Origin: Kudoa neothunni
Taxonomy: Eukaryota; Animalia; Cnidaria
Length of the DNA: 64,000 nucleotides
Assembly (NCBI GenBank): GCA_964304625.1
Contig: OZ199838.1
Coordinates: 10,235,617 to 10,299,616 of the forward strand
Reading direction: 5' to 3'
The translations under genes were made by a program, and so were the position numbers. Position 1 is the stretch's first letter, and each line of letters opens with the position of its first letter. Shown here piece by piece: positions 1 through 12,006 of the stretch. The notes beneath the pieces were generated by a model. The model worked only from the letters and a program-made list of their open reading frames with translations. It made no database searches and was not told the origin of the DNA.

Positions 1-1417
1 AAAAAGCCGTACTTCATTATTAATTTAAATTTGGTATGGTTTTTAATGCAAGTATTTAGACGATTGTAATGATTTCAATGTTTTGTCGTTCAACTTGGAT
101 ATTATCAATCAAGTTTTACGCCTTTACAAATCACAAAAAGATTTAAAAGTTCTTAAATCGGAGCCTATTTTCAACAAAATTTGTTCATTTTTAATATCCT
201 GTTTGAATGTGTCAAGCAATAACGCGGAATTTCTGGAAAAATGTTTGAACACTCTTAGAAGTTACATCGAATTCGCCGGCCTTACAACTTTGTCGCTGCA
301 AAAATCGTTGTTTGACTTTTCAGTCAGTCTTAAATTAGATCAACTGATCCTAATGCATCCTTTGGTGATTTGTGTGCTTCCATTGTTGAAAGTAGTTTGT
401 TGAATAACTAGTTGTACTCTAATGCGTAATGTAGAGAGTGCGTGCCACTGATCGAGCGTGCATGCTTTCCGCTATCAACTCCACATTGTTTAATTTTTTC
501 GTTACTCTGCAATCAACCCCTGATCTTGTTCAAGGGTCTGAAAACCCTGAAGTGTACAAAATTTCATTCTGTGAACTTCTTCATAAGATGCTTTTTTTCG
601 AATACCACGACATGATTTTTGAAGGAAATTGTGAAAAATATGTTTTCCTGCTGGGAGTGATATCGAAAATGTGTCAAGATTCCTCTTGTGAAGCTTTACA
701 AAAAACATGTTATCTTATCGTCACAAAACTTTCCTTCATTTTAAACATCGAGAAACACTTCAATGGTTGTTTATTTTGTTGATTGAGCTAACTAATCTGG
801 CATTCATCGAATGTTTGCTATAGGTTTCAATAGCTTTGGTTTCTCGATGGAAAACTTTATTCATACATCCTACATGCTATTGCTTAAGCCATGCTTTAAT
901 ACTCCATTGGATACCAACTTTAATAAACTCCCTGGGACTCATATCAATGCGGTAACTTTCTCTTAAGAATTTTTCGAGACTGATTTTTGCTAATCTGAGC
1001 TAATTTGTTTAGGTCTACCGAGAAATCACAAAAATTATCAATAATCTAACGCCTGCTAATGTATTTTGTTTTAAATTTTTCAGCTGTTGTCCAACTGTAA
1101 TGGTTTAGTGTTCACAATTCGCCTATACATTTCTAACGCAGGCCGGTGTTTCTCCTGATAATGCTGAGGTAGCTCAATATTTTCATGTTATTTCAATTAA
1201 TTCTAATACTTTGTTTATAGCAACTTAAATGCCATCTTAATATTGTGAGTTCCGGAAATGTTCATAGTCTAATCAAGGTATATTTGTCATATGTGAACTC
1301 TCCAACAATTGTAAACTTTTCTTATAGTCTTTCTATGCTAAAGTGTTGAATGTTACATCGAAGTTCTGGAACGAATACGTCAAGAATGTTGAAGAACATT
1401 CTTCTAATCCCACATAA
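1..1417 (+). CDS. XPOT: Exportin-T (tRNA export receptor), 3' part of a multi-exon gene, 5' end outside the window
   Basis: Spliced translation gives ALQKTCYLIVTKL...KPCFNTPLDTNF...AGVSPDNAEQLKCHL, colinear with the animal XPOT C-terminus (AQKTCFIILSKL...PACFLAPLKQTF...LQVAPEIIQEFCQAL). Short GT-AG introns. Stop TAA at 1415-1417. Confidence 0.8.
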
Positions 1418-2409
1418 CCATTATCCATCCAATCATTATAACTAAACCTGTTTTCCATCATTGAAATGAACAGCTATAGTGTTTTTGTTATATTTGTACA
1501 GTGTTAGATACTTATTGATGTGTGATTTCACAATGTTCTTCAATTTTTATGAAGCCATTTAAAAAAATGCGTGCTAGCTAGGGATTTTTTGTTTTCAACT
1601 CGACTTTAATAAAATGTTAGCATCAAACTTTGAATAAATTGCTTTTTTTAATTATGCTGTTTATTTTGGAAGAGATGAATTGCTCAGTTCCACTCATTTT
1701 CGCGTTTGATCCCTATAAATTTTAACTCTTAATAGGTGACTATCTGGCGTTTCTGATTTAGGTGGACTTAGGCTCGACGAGCCCGCTCAGAGTAATTTCC
1801 ACCCTTTATTGGATTATTAGTGCGAAATGCCTCGCTTCACCAGGTATCAGAAATATTTTGAGTTGAAAAATCCCTTGAAATTGGTTATAAAAATACACTA
1901 ATACTTTCAATTAAACCATAGAGTGGATTAAATTAAAAAAATTTAAAATATTTTACTTTCAACAATGGTGGTGTATGAACTTGAAATTAAGATCATTTTG
2001 TGGAGATCATAAAATAACATAAACTATGCAGCTAGAAGATAATTTAAGAAAATTGCATTTTTTAGCTAAATTTAATATCATTATATCTGATAAAAACTAC
2101 AATATACTCTTGCTTACAACACAGTTACGCAGCCCTAAATAATTTAATTAACTAGATAAAGGAAAAGAAAAATGTTGTTACCGAACTTAATTGTTGAAAT
2201 TTTAGTGGAACGAGAGGCTTCAATTCAATCTATTGACACAGTCCCAATATTATAAGGTTTTAATCTACCTATTTATAACGTATACTACCAATTCAGCGAA
2301 ATTAAACCATTAATCGAATTTTCCACATGTATTTATCAAGTCAAATATATTTATAAGTTCGTGTATAAGGAGTGTATTTACGCGCACCATAAAAAATACC
2401 CCTACGTTA

Positions 2410-3657
2410 CAGTATTTCACGATCAAGATGCAAACTGCTCGCGTGTTTTTATTGATTTTCCAGTTAAGACATAAAAATGCCTGATCAAATTTAAAATAGT
2501 AATTCTAATAAGAGAAAATACGAGATTGTTAGTGCCAATGATGGGGTTACAATTGCTCACCACGTCAAAGTGAGCACAAATTTTGAATGATTATTAGAAT
2601 AATTAAGATTGGAAAGACGAATCGTCAAATTTCCGAGTCACTTAACATTCCCAAATCTACAGTAAGTAAAATAGTGGAGATAATCAATGAAACCGGATCG
2701 TTTCAAAGGTTCGCAACTGGAGAAAATCGCCGTTTATTGTTAAGTGAAGTGCACAGACAATGTTTCCTCGCAGGGGTAGACGGGAATTGTACGCTGACAT
2801 TCAATCAGTTATCAGTGAAGCTCTTTCAAAAATTCTCCATTCGCGTTTCTCGTCAAACTGTTAATAGAGTTCTGAAAGAGTTTCATTATATTTTAAAAAA
2901 ATATCGTTAGTGCCTATAGATAGGAATTCTGCTAGGACAATTTCATTACGATTCGAATGACGAAGAGGCCTATATGTTTATCTAATACTTTTTAGTTATG
3001 TAAGCGAATTCATAAGATTGAAGCCTAGGTATGCCGAAATATTATACATCAATAAGTCAAGATTTTTCCTATCAACCCGTAGTTCCAATGGTAGATCCCT
3101 TTCTGGGACGAGAATAAATTTAAAGGTCAAATACATCAGATCTCAAAACATATCATTATTTAATAGCAGTGATGAGTGACTAAAAAATTTTGAATTATAA
3201 AATCCACAAGGGAGGCGTGAACCAGTCTATGTATTCATCATTTCTAGAGAACTTTTCGAAAATTTGGAGGCGAATTACATCGATAAAGCTATTTTGGTTA
3301 TCGATGACGTAGCTGTCCATAAGACTGTGTGTATTAGAAATTTGTTAGAAAACAGTCCTCACAAGGTATTACTATTACCGCCGTACTCACCCTTCCTTAA
3401 CTCAACTGAAGAAGTTTTTGGCGACTGAAATCATTTGTTAAAAGGATGGCACCAAAAACACAGAAGAGCTGAATGCATGTATGGAAAATTGTCCGACCCA
3501 GATAATCCAAACTAACTGTAAAAGCTATGTGAGGCACTCAAACTCTTACTTTTCAGCATCCCTTCTTGAGAACCCCATTAACAATTAAGACAAAAACTAT
3601 TATTTAAATACAAAATTTGTTGGTTTACTTTGTTGGCAAGTCGATCGTGAAATACTG
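2410..3657 (+). mobile_element. Degenerate Tc1/IS630-like (DD34E) DNA transposon
   Basis: 26-bp TIRs CAGTATTTCACGATC... with 4 mismatches, left TA target site at 2408-2409. HTH ORF 2587-2910. Catalytic remnant LVIDDVAVHK...LPPYSPFLNSTEE with 34 residues between D and E. Several stops and frameshifts. Confidence 0.9.
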
Positions 3658-3799
3658 TTCGTATTCAGAGAGTTGATATAATTAAGTGAACGTATGATTA
3701 TAGAATATAAGGAGTGTGTTAAGTTTAACTATCACCCTGAAATAAACGATTTTAGTCCTATATAAATACGGTTAATCTCCCATTCTCGAAAATTGATAA

Positions 3800-5198
3800 A
3801 GCAGTGTCTATTCGCCCGGCAGATAACATCGCGTATTTTATAATTTTACTTTAAGTAAATATACCATTAAATTTAACATTATAAATAACATTTCAATGCC
3901 AAATATATCTAGTAATCATGGTTCATTGATGAATATGTAGGAAGACCTTATTTAGAAACGGATAGCATCAAGATTTTTACGGTTAAACTATCGAGACGTC
4001 ATATTCTTGCGTAAAATGTTATATTTTTGAATCAAAGAATTCACGATGCTTAATTTTTCCAAAAAAATTTAAACTTCATATTTACATATTCTGATGATTT
4101 AACATTGTGTTATATTGATCCTTAAAGCGCATCTACATATAGTTGTGATCAAATGTATTTTACTAAATTTTCAAAAATAAGAAAATATTACTTATATAAG
4201 CCCGATAATTTGTAGATATTTAATCCCAATAAAGTAATACTAGTGAGCTAGTTCAAACGATGTTTAACATACAAATAGTTCATTTGGTCAGGCAGAAAAG
4301 TAATTTAACATATACATGTCTATAAATTTATAAAATTTATGTTGATTATTTAAGTAAATAAACATTTTTTATTATCCCAACTGAGTAATTGTACATATTT
4401 AATTTTCAAAGAAATTAGATAAATTATGGTAGAATATTCTTAAACGCTGGGCTTATATAATGTAAGTTACACGTAAGATATGATTATCGTCATCAAGTTT
4501 CTAAATATAAAACATAATTATAGAAACTTATTAAGATTATAGAATTTAGTATATAAACGATACTTCTGAACAAATCCGTCTTCTAATAACTAATGATGTT
4601 GACAAAAGAAAGAGTATTTGCTCTATTATTTAAATTAAGGAATAATATTACAGATATAATTTCATGTGACAGTATAATACTCGGTCACATCGTTTTTGTG
4701 CGCTCTCAATGTCTTCGTAATTTAAGACGGAAATATTATTTTTGTCCTGAAGTTCGAACTGTTAGACTCCCAATTTCAACTCTTAACAGCGACAAAACAT
4801 ATTACCGACGTTAAAACTATTCTTTTTAGCGTTAACATCATTATCTTCTACACCACCATCGATGCTGTTCGTCGTGTATGTATAACCACGCAATCTGTGT
4901 ACATGTTCCATAAAATACGTTACAACATTATGTTGATATTATGGTGAACTAATCGTTTTTTCATAAATTCGCTCGAAAAATAAAACAATACAGTGCTAAA
5001 TAAATAATAAAATCTACATAACATAATCACGTTAAATCGGTAAGACTTCCCAACTGAAGAAACGATCACCATGTCAAATATTTTTTTAACGTTTCAATAT
5101 AATAATCATAAAACAACCAATCTTATTTTATTTTTTATAATTCGAAAAGGCATAACGATCATAAAGCTTATCTGCCGGGCCAATAGTCATAGTCTGCC
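3800..5198 (-). mobile_element. Internally deleted Mutator-like (MULE) element
   Basis: TIRs GCAGTGTCTATTCGCCCGGCAGATAA (3801) and TTATCTGCCGGGCCAATAG...CTGCC (5168-5198). Imperfect 9-bp TSD aattgataa/aatttttaa. Decayed transposase N-terminus (FNVGNMF...IESAQKR) on the minus strand near 4690-4830. Confidence 0.75.
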
Positions 5199-5566
5199 AA
5201 TTTTTAATCCGTTCAACAAATTCAAACCCCATAAAATTAATATTTTCTGAACAATTTTTGAGCTTTTTATATTGTAACAATGGTCAAAAGAATTTTTAAA
5301 TGTCTTGAATTATTAAAAGTTTCATAACTTTTTGTCTAAGGGAAAAAATACACGCACACACACAAAGTATTTTATATATATATAAAGATTATAAGAATTA
5401 TCTATTCGTTTTTTGGTAGTTTTCACGTAATTGGTAGTTAAACTTGTTGTTCTGTTATTATACATAATGCGCAAAAAAGGGCACTTTTTATTCACACTAT
5501 TTTTTATGACACACATGTGCTAATATAATTCTAATTATGTATATTGTAATTTGTAATGGATGCTGC

Positions 5567-6246
5567 TTATTCCCTAATTGGGTGGGTAGCATCTGGAGGA
5601 TTATGCAGGTCCTTCAACAAAACTAATTGTTTGGGACACGTAATGTTCACTTCGCCTGCCACGATAATAGAATCAAGCAACATGTATAACTAATTTAGTA
5701 ATCAACAAAATTTTACTTCAAATGGTCATATAATTACCGCTTGAAGATTCATTAAAATATCCAACTCAATAATAATTGGAGTGTACTCATTGAAAGTCTA
5801 ATCGAATAAATCAAGCTGAGAGATGACAATCAGTCGTTAACCATTATCCATACCTCAAGAATGCACCTCATCACAGTATACATATAAATCGTGTTATCGT
5901 GTGAATCAAACCCAATGTAGGTGTTTATGGGGCTGAAATTTGTATATACGAATCTGCATATTGGAAGCTATTATAGCAACAAAAATAATTACAGACATTG
6001 ATTCACGCACATAAAACAGAGTCACCAAATAATGAATAATACTTCAAAGCGAATTGCATCATTGCTATGGTTGTTAATTGATGCCATTTCATGCAGTTGA
6101 TGACAAATTTTCTGTTGCTCCCGAAGGAAATTGATCTTTCGTACCAGCGCCACATTCTCACAACCCCAGCTTTATTCATGATAGAAAAAAATGGATCTTT
6201 TCAGTGTAGGCACATTTTTTATTAAAATTGCGATAGAAATTACCAT
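5567..6246 (-). CDS. Clathrin adaptor (AP) complex small sigma subunit, most like AP-4 sigma; two apparent 1-nt deletions in the assembled sequence
   Basis: ATG-only first exon (6246-6244), then IHFFSIMNKAGVVRMWRWYE...EQQKICHQLHE / ...IGFDSHDN...ILE / TFNEYTPIIIELDILMNLQA / LYMLLDSIIVAGEV. This matches the AP sigma pattern (N-terminal NxxG..R...Y; ELDxxxN...LD...G). Frame breaks at about 6185-6191 and 6137-6139. Confidence 0.8.
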
Positions 6247-6403
6247 TTAAAATATTATCTAAATTGGTACGGCCCACCAAAACACCTAACGACGAAACTT
6301 TAATATACTCGACTTATATATTTGTTGTACCAGATAAATAAGAGCAGTAATTATTCTTACAGACTCGAATAATCCTTTCATTCGGCACAACCTATTACTA
6401 AAG

Positions 6404-8150
6404 TTAATCCTTAACGGCTGACCATGGAACTGTCTCTATAAGGATAATCATTGGATCCACCATCCATCGGATTAAAATTTGGGATTAATGGAATCAAAAT
6501 AATTCGATTAAATTTAAACAATCGATTGAAGTAGAAGCAGAGAGAAATAAATAGTTCGGAATAGCAATTAATGTTTCGACTCACAATTGATACATATAAG
6601 GTTTTTGGTTGAATGCTCGTTGCAAACATATCTGTCGCATGTTTTACGAGTTTGTTGCTTACTTCTCCTACTCAAAGTAGGGGGACAATAGTCGAAGTGT
6701 TTTCTCAAATGTTGGTGTACATCCTTTTTAGAGACCACCTCAATATCAAACATGTATCTAATTTCATGTAATGGCCGTTTTACTGCGGGTTGATGTGTGA
6801 TCTTAAAGTTAGTGAATCTTCTGTCTTGATGCTGTTAAAATAATTCCATGGATAATGTTATTAAAAATATCTTGTCGATGAGTTGATTTATCTTTTTTAA
6901 AGTATCTTGGATTTTTTTATTGAAAACCACAAATGCATTAAATGCGTTTACATCTAAAATTTGGGAAAATACAGCGTAAGACCACCGTTTGCATTTTCTC
7001 TCACAGATGTAAGTGTAAACACATTGATCAATGATGCCAACACCCACTTTTTGACGTTATAATCCAATATCATATCTGGTTTGAATTTATAACCAGAACT
7101 CACACTGCCATTACGGCGCTCTGATGAAAGGACTATTGCGCACTTGCCCTTTTTGAGAACGTACGGCATTATTGTAAACTGTTTGTGAAATCCAAACACA
7201 GATGAATATAGTTCTCTTCGCCTATTAGGTAAAAATTCTGACGGAGTAAATTCTCGACATTTTCGTACAGATCCTAGTATAGACGTGTTATTTTTATGTA
7301 AATATTGGGCAAGTTTCCACGTCGTGAAAAAATTATCACAAATAATACTTCGACCACAGTTGAACAAATGCTGAGTAAGATCAACGATTACTTGAAAACT
7401 TGTGTTTGTTTCACGTTAGTTGTTTACTTTACCCGCATATGGAATTATGCCAGCTACACACCAAGTTTTGCTGTCACAAACTACCCAAAATTTTATACAA
7501 TACTAAGGTAGCTTCTTAGGCATACACACCAAAAACGATAATCTCCTTCGAAATGGGTATAACTATTCATCTACACTGTAGATTCTACAGTTATGTTTAC
7601 ACCTGGTGAGTAACTGGTTGTGCAGATGTTGCTAAATTGATTGAAAATATCCCTTATAGGTCTAAACTCGTCGGTCGAATTATCAGAATTATTTCGATTC
7701 CAATACTCGTCAAATCTTAATGAACTGGAGATTTGTTTAAATCTTTCACGGGACATAGTGACACGAAATAATGGCCTTCCGTGGATTTCGTGCCACAATA
7801 TTTCGCTTCTTTCAAAGTTAGATTTATAAACACCGCCTAGAAATAGCAGTCCAATAAACGCGTTGAACTCAATCAAGTCGATAGATTTCCATTTTTCTGC
7901 TAAAACATCGAAACCTTTTCTACTAATGCAGAAAATAATTTCTTCCATCATCGTTGGCGTTAAAAAATGGGTGAAGATTCTGATTGATGTTGTTGTATCT
8001 AATGAGTCGACAGGGACACCTTTTTGAATATTAGCATTTATTATATTGGCGGAGGGAGTTCTTCCAGATCTCGGTCGAGTTGACCAGGTAATTGATTCGG
8101 TTTTCGAAACGAAGTTATCTCGTAGCCTATTTTTATTATAATTCTCGCAG
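6404..8150 (-). mobile_element. Degenerate piggyBac (PGBD4-like) transposon, 5' end lost
   Basis: ORF pieces with FRVTMSRERFKQI, TxDE, ICDNFFTT and GVGIIDQ motifs and a C-terminal Cys-rich domain (TCDRYVCNEH...CINC). Possible TTAA-flanked end at 6404. Several frameshifts and stops. Confidence 0.9.
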
Positions 8151-8220
8151 AGAATATAAGACTAATCAGCTTACTTGATTCTACCGTTATCGTTATCGAA
8201 TTCACCTTTATTAATCATAT

Positions 8221-11200
8221 ACAATTTTTCTAAAAAATATCTTTTATAAATGCAGAATATACATTTAGTTTCATTAATTCAGTGACGAATTTTAACATAC
8301 CTAATTTGTATCCGTAATATCCAAATGAAAATACAGTAAAGTAAAACTATTTTCCCAATTCGTATTTTAAATTTTTATAATTAGGTAAATATTTTTAACA
8401 GACGATTGATACATCACTAAAATTTAATAAAATGTTGAGTATTCTACTTTTAAATAATAAATGTTTGAAATTATCTTGTAGTGTAGCGCCAAATAATTGA
8501 GACTGTTTAACTTCCACATAAAATTATATTTGAATATTATATATCGATATTGGTGTTGTTATTATTATTACTATCATCATTATCATAATTATCTTTTTTT
8601 TCTCAAACCTACAACTGTTTGAAATACACCTTTTGGTCTACCTCTCAATTTCACTACTGTTGGCAGTTTAATTCTTATAATTTTATGAATTTAGCAAAAT
8701 GGACAAAAGATACACACCCTCCAAAGATGGATTTTTAGTTGTGGTATCATATACAATATTCGGGATCTCCATATCAGTCATTGATGATGGAACATTATCA
8801 TTAACTGCTTCTAGTCTAAACTCATTCTCTATTCGTGATTCCTCAGTAACAAAACACAAAATAAAAATTCTACTAAAGACAATATCATTAATTACATGTT
8901 GGGATTGAAATCTCTTGATTGTTTTCGATGACAAATTCAGACATTAATTTGAACTAAATTAAGTTGATATATGAATAGTGGAAAAAATAGTCACCTTATC
9001 CAGAGAATCTCCATTGGAAATAAGAGAGATTAATTCACCTAAAATCTTTTTTAATGAATCATATTTACTCCCTGTTTTTTCATAACCTATCGAAGCTATT
9101 TTCTTAAAAAGAATTTCTAGCTCCCTGTATCGCTTAAAAGCAGAATTCGGAACGGGGCACTGACTCGAAATTTCTGTAATACTTGGTTGCACACAACACG
9201 AAGGATTTTGAAGGTATAAATTTTTGGTCATTTGAATAAATGATAGGTAATAATTCTTGTGCCACCTCTTATTACAAATTTTCTCTTCATATAAATTCAT
9301 GTTCATTTTTTTTCTAGCATAAATATGTCTACATAGTAATTCCATACCTAAGTAGAAAAAACATGTACAACTATTGGGATCAGGATTGGCATAGGGTTCG
9401 ATATGATTATTTATTTCATCCCGCATAATATTATTCGCATATGAAGTTAACAATGTTTTATAGCGTTCGTTAATGTCTGAATTTAATTTCTCAACAGTTT
9501 GGGTTGTCCACTCTCTAACTGCTTTACTCTCACGTTCAGTCCTCATACTTTATAAATAAATAAGCAGATCACTGAAAAAGACTTCAATTGTTGAGAATTT
9601 TTTTAAGATTTGTTTAACTTTGGAATTTATGCATTCTAATCGATTATTGGTTTCATTTAAAAAGTACCCTTTAGGTTCATGTATGCCGGGCACCATTCAT
9701 GTTTGATTGGATCCCAAGATTTATTATAACAACTAATGATTTTTTGGTTACATGTCCTATTTAACAATTCATGGTAATTTTCATAAATTTTTGGATCATC
9801 GGTATAACAAAGCTTTTGAATCAACTCTAAGGCAGTTTTTCTTTAAGCTTTGTTTATTCTCATTCTTAATGTAGAGATTTCTCTACCAAATGTTCTTAAG
9901 ACATGGTACAGGCATAAGTTTGTACTTACGTTAGGAAATACAGATCTTATAGAGTCTCTTTCAATTATGTCTTTATCCGTAATGAAACAAACTATTTTGG
10001 TTGACATTTCCTCATTATGTTTAAGTAGAGATTAACATAACCAGGCAACAGTCACGGTATTCTCCTCAGATAAAAGAGCAATAGCTCCTATTTGGCTTTG
10101 CTCAAAAGAATCGATAAACAGACTTATATACAATGGGATACGATTATTGATTAATTTATAAGTAGCATCCGTAAATACTAATTCGGGGAATTTTTTAATA
10201 ACATTTTTCATATAAAGGTCTTGGAAAAATATTCCAGTCATTTCATTGGAGTTATTGTGCAATATTTCGATAGTTCCATTTGGGTGAGAACTTTTTATTG
10301 AATTAAACAACTCCGAAATATCAGAAAAACATTTTTTTAGTGTTTGGATATAATTATGGATTTGCTTCAACGAAACCTTTTTTTGTGATTGGTTCATGAT
10401 TTCTACTTGTACTCTTTTTAAATTTCCATCATAAAAATGAACATTTTTTATAAGATTTTTTCTTTCTTCATCTAATTTTCTATTCATTGGAAAAAAATCC
10501 TTAAAATGCTCATTTCTGTTGCAGCTGTGAGTAAGATCCAATTTTCTAATAACTAACATGTTCATGTTTTTAGGAACTCGCAGTGTAATGAAGAAATTGC
10601 AACCACTTTTATGGCTGTTGATTTTTCTCTTCCCAGCACTTTTAGATCGTATCTGAATTCAAATTAATTACATCAATGTTTATATAGATAATTACATTTT
10701 TACCACCATGAACACAACAAAAAGTGGCTTCATAATAACCAAGATCAGAGTTCATGTCTGTTAAATTTTTGTAAGGCAGTTGAGATTTTTCTAGAGTCTC
10801 GGATCCAGTAACAAAAGTTGTTTCGCTTTGAGTATTTATCCATGAATTCTTTAGTCTTTTCAAAGTTTGTAAATGCATTTCCGACCTTAGGTTCAGATGT
10901 AATATCCTGAATTAGTAGTGTTTGATCAGACTCTCCCTCCGTACTGATTCTACTCGCGACTATCAACGTTACAACCGCACGCTAATGGATATTTTACTCG
11001 TTTATAGTGCTGTAACACATAAAATTAGGTTAATTACGAAAATAATATAGATTTACAAAAAATTTAATGTCATTTATAATGATACTTATGAATGAGTTTA
11101 AAATATCCTCGATGTATTTTGATGCCTAATTGTTAACTAAAAGATAAATGAAGCTAAATTTATGTTCTGCATTTATAAAATATATTTTTTAGAAAAAATT

Positions 11201-11258
11201 GTCGCGATTGAATTATTATTTTAGGAGAAAAATCGCGTTCGGCAAAATAGACACTGCC
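8221..11258 (-). mobile_element. Degenerate Mutator (MULE, ZSWIM3/FAR1-like) transposon with SWIM zinc finger
   Basis: Transposase pieces 10966-8683 with FTDATYKL...PLY, LCLYHVL, TNNRLE and SWIM CTC...LLCRH motifs. About 55-bp inverted repeat 8221-8275 versus 11148-11202. Right terminus reads GGCAGTGTCTATT on the minus strand. The outer part of the left TIR is missing. Confidence 0.9.
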
Positions 11259-12006
11259 TAAAATCTTACTACCAAATTTAGCCAATAAGGCAGAAGGTAA
11301 TAGAACAAGCATTGTTTAATTCCCAAAAGAAGGGAAAACTATATTTTATAGAAAACTTTATAAAAATAAAATTAAAAAAGATATATAATGATTAAAATAT
11401 AAATTAGTTTAAGTAATATCCTCGTAAAGTATTAAATACACATTTGCCACAAGGTTATTTTTCAGATACAGTAGCCATATACGCGTATGTCGACGCATTT
11501 TACGAAAAAAATATGTTATTTTTAATGTGGTCAATAAAATTTATGGGGGGTTTTAATTCAAATGGGCTATCCAAACCGCCGTATTTGTTAAATAAGAATT
11601 GACGAAATCGCGCTCAACTCAAATCCAACGAACACACCGTATATAAAATAACATTTTCAATACGAATAAAAGCTCCGATAAGTATTAATAATAAAAATAA
11701 GCGTACACTCATGCGATTTTAAACAACATAATACTATCTAACGCTCAAACCCATAAGTAAATTTTAATACAAATATAGTTTTATAAAATTTTAGTCCTGG
11801 GGAAATAAAAAATAACTTTACGTATTATAATAATCAGTTTTGTAGTGTCATCTATTTTAGGAGATATTCATTACCGCAAGAATAGCCTGTCTCAAAATTA
11901 TAGGATATTGCTTAGTATAATTCTAAATGAGTTAGTGCAACGATAAATAAGGTTTTGTTCCATTAAAAAACGAATATAAATACTTGAACAAAATTCAATA
12001 TAATAA

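Noticed and set aside
1061-1083. 23-nt GT-AG micro-intron in XPOT
   Set aside because: Reading through it keeps the frame and matches the homolog length. Removing it breaks the frame.
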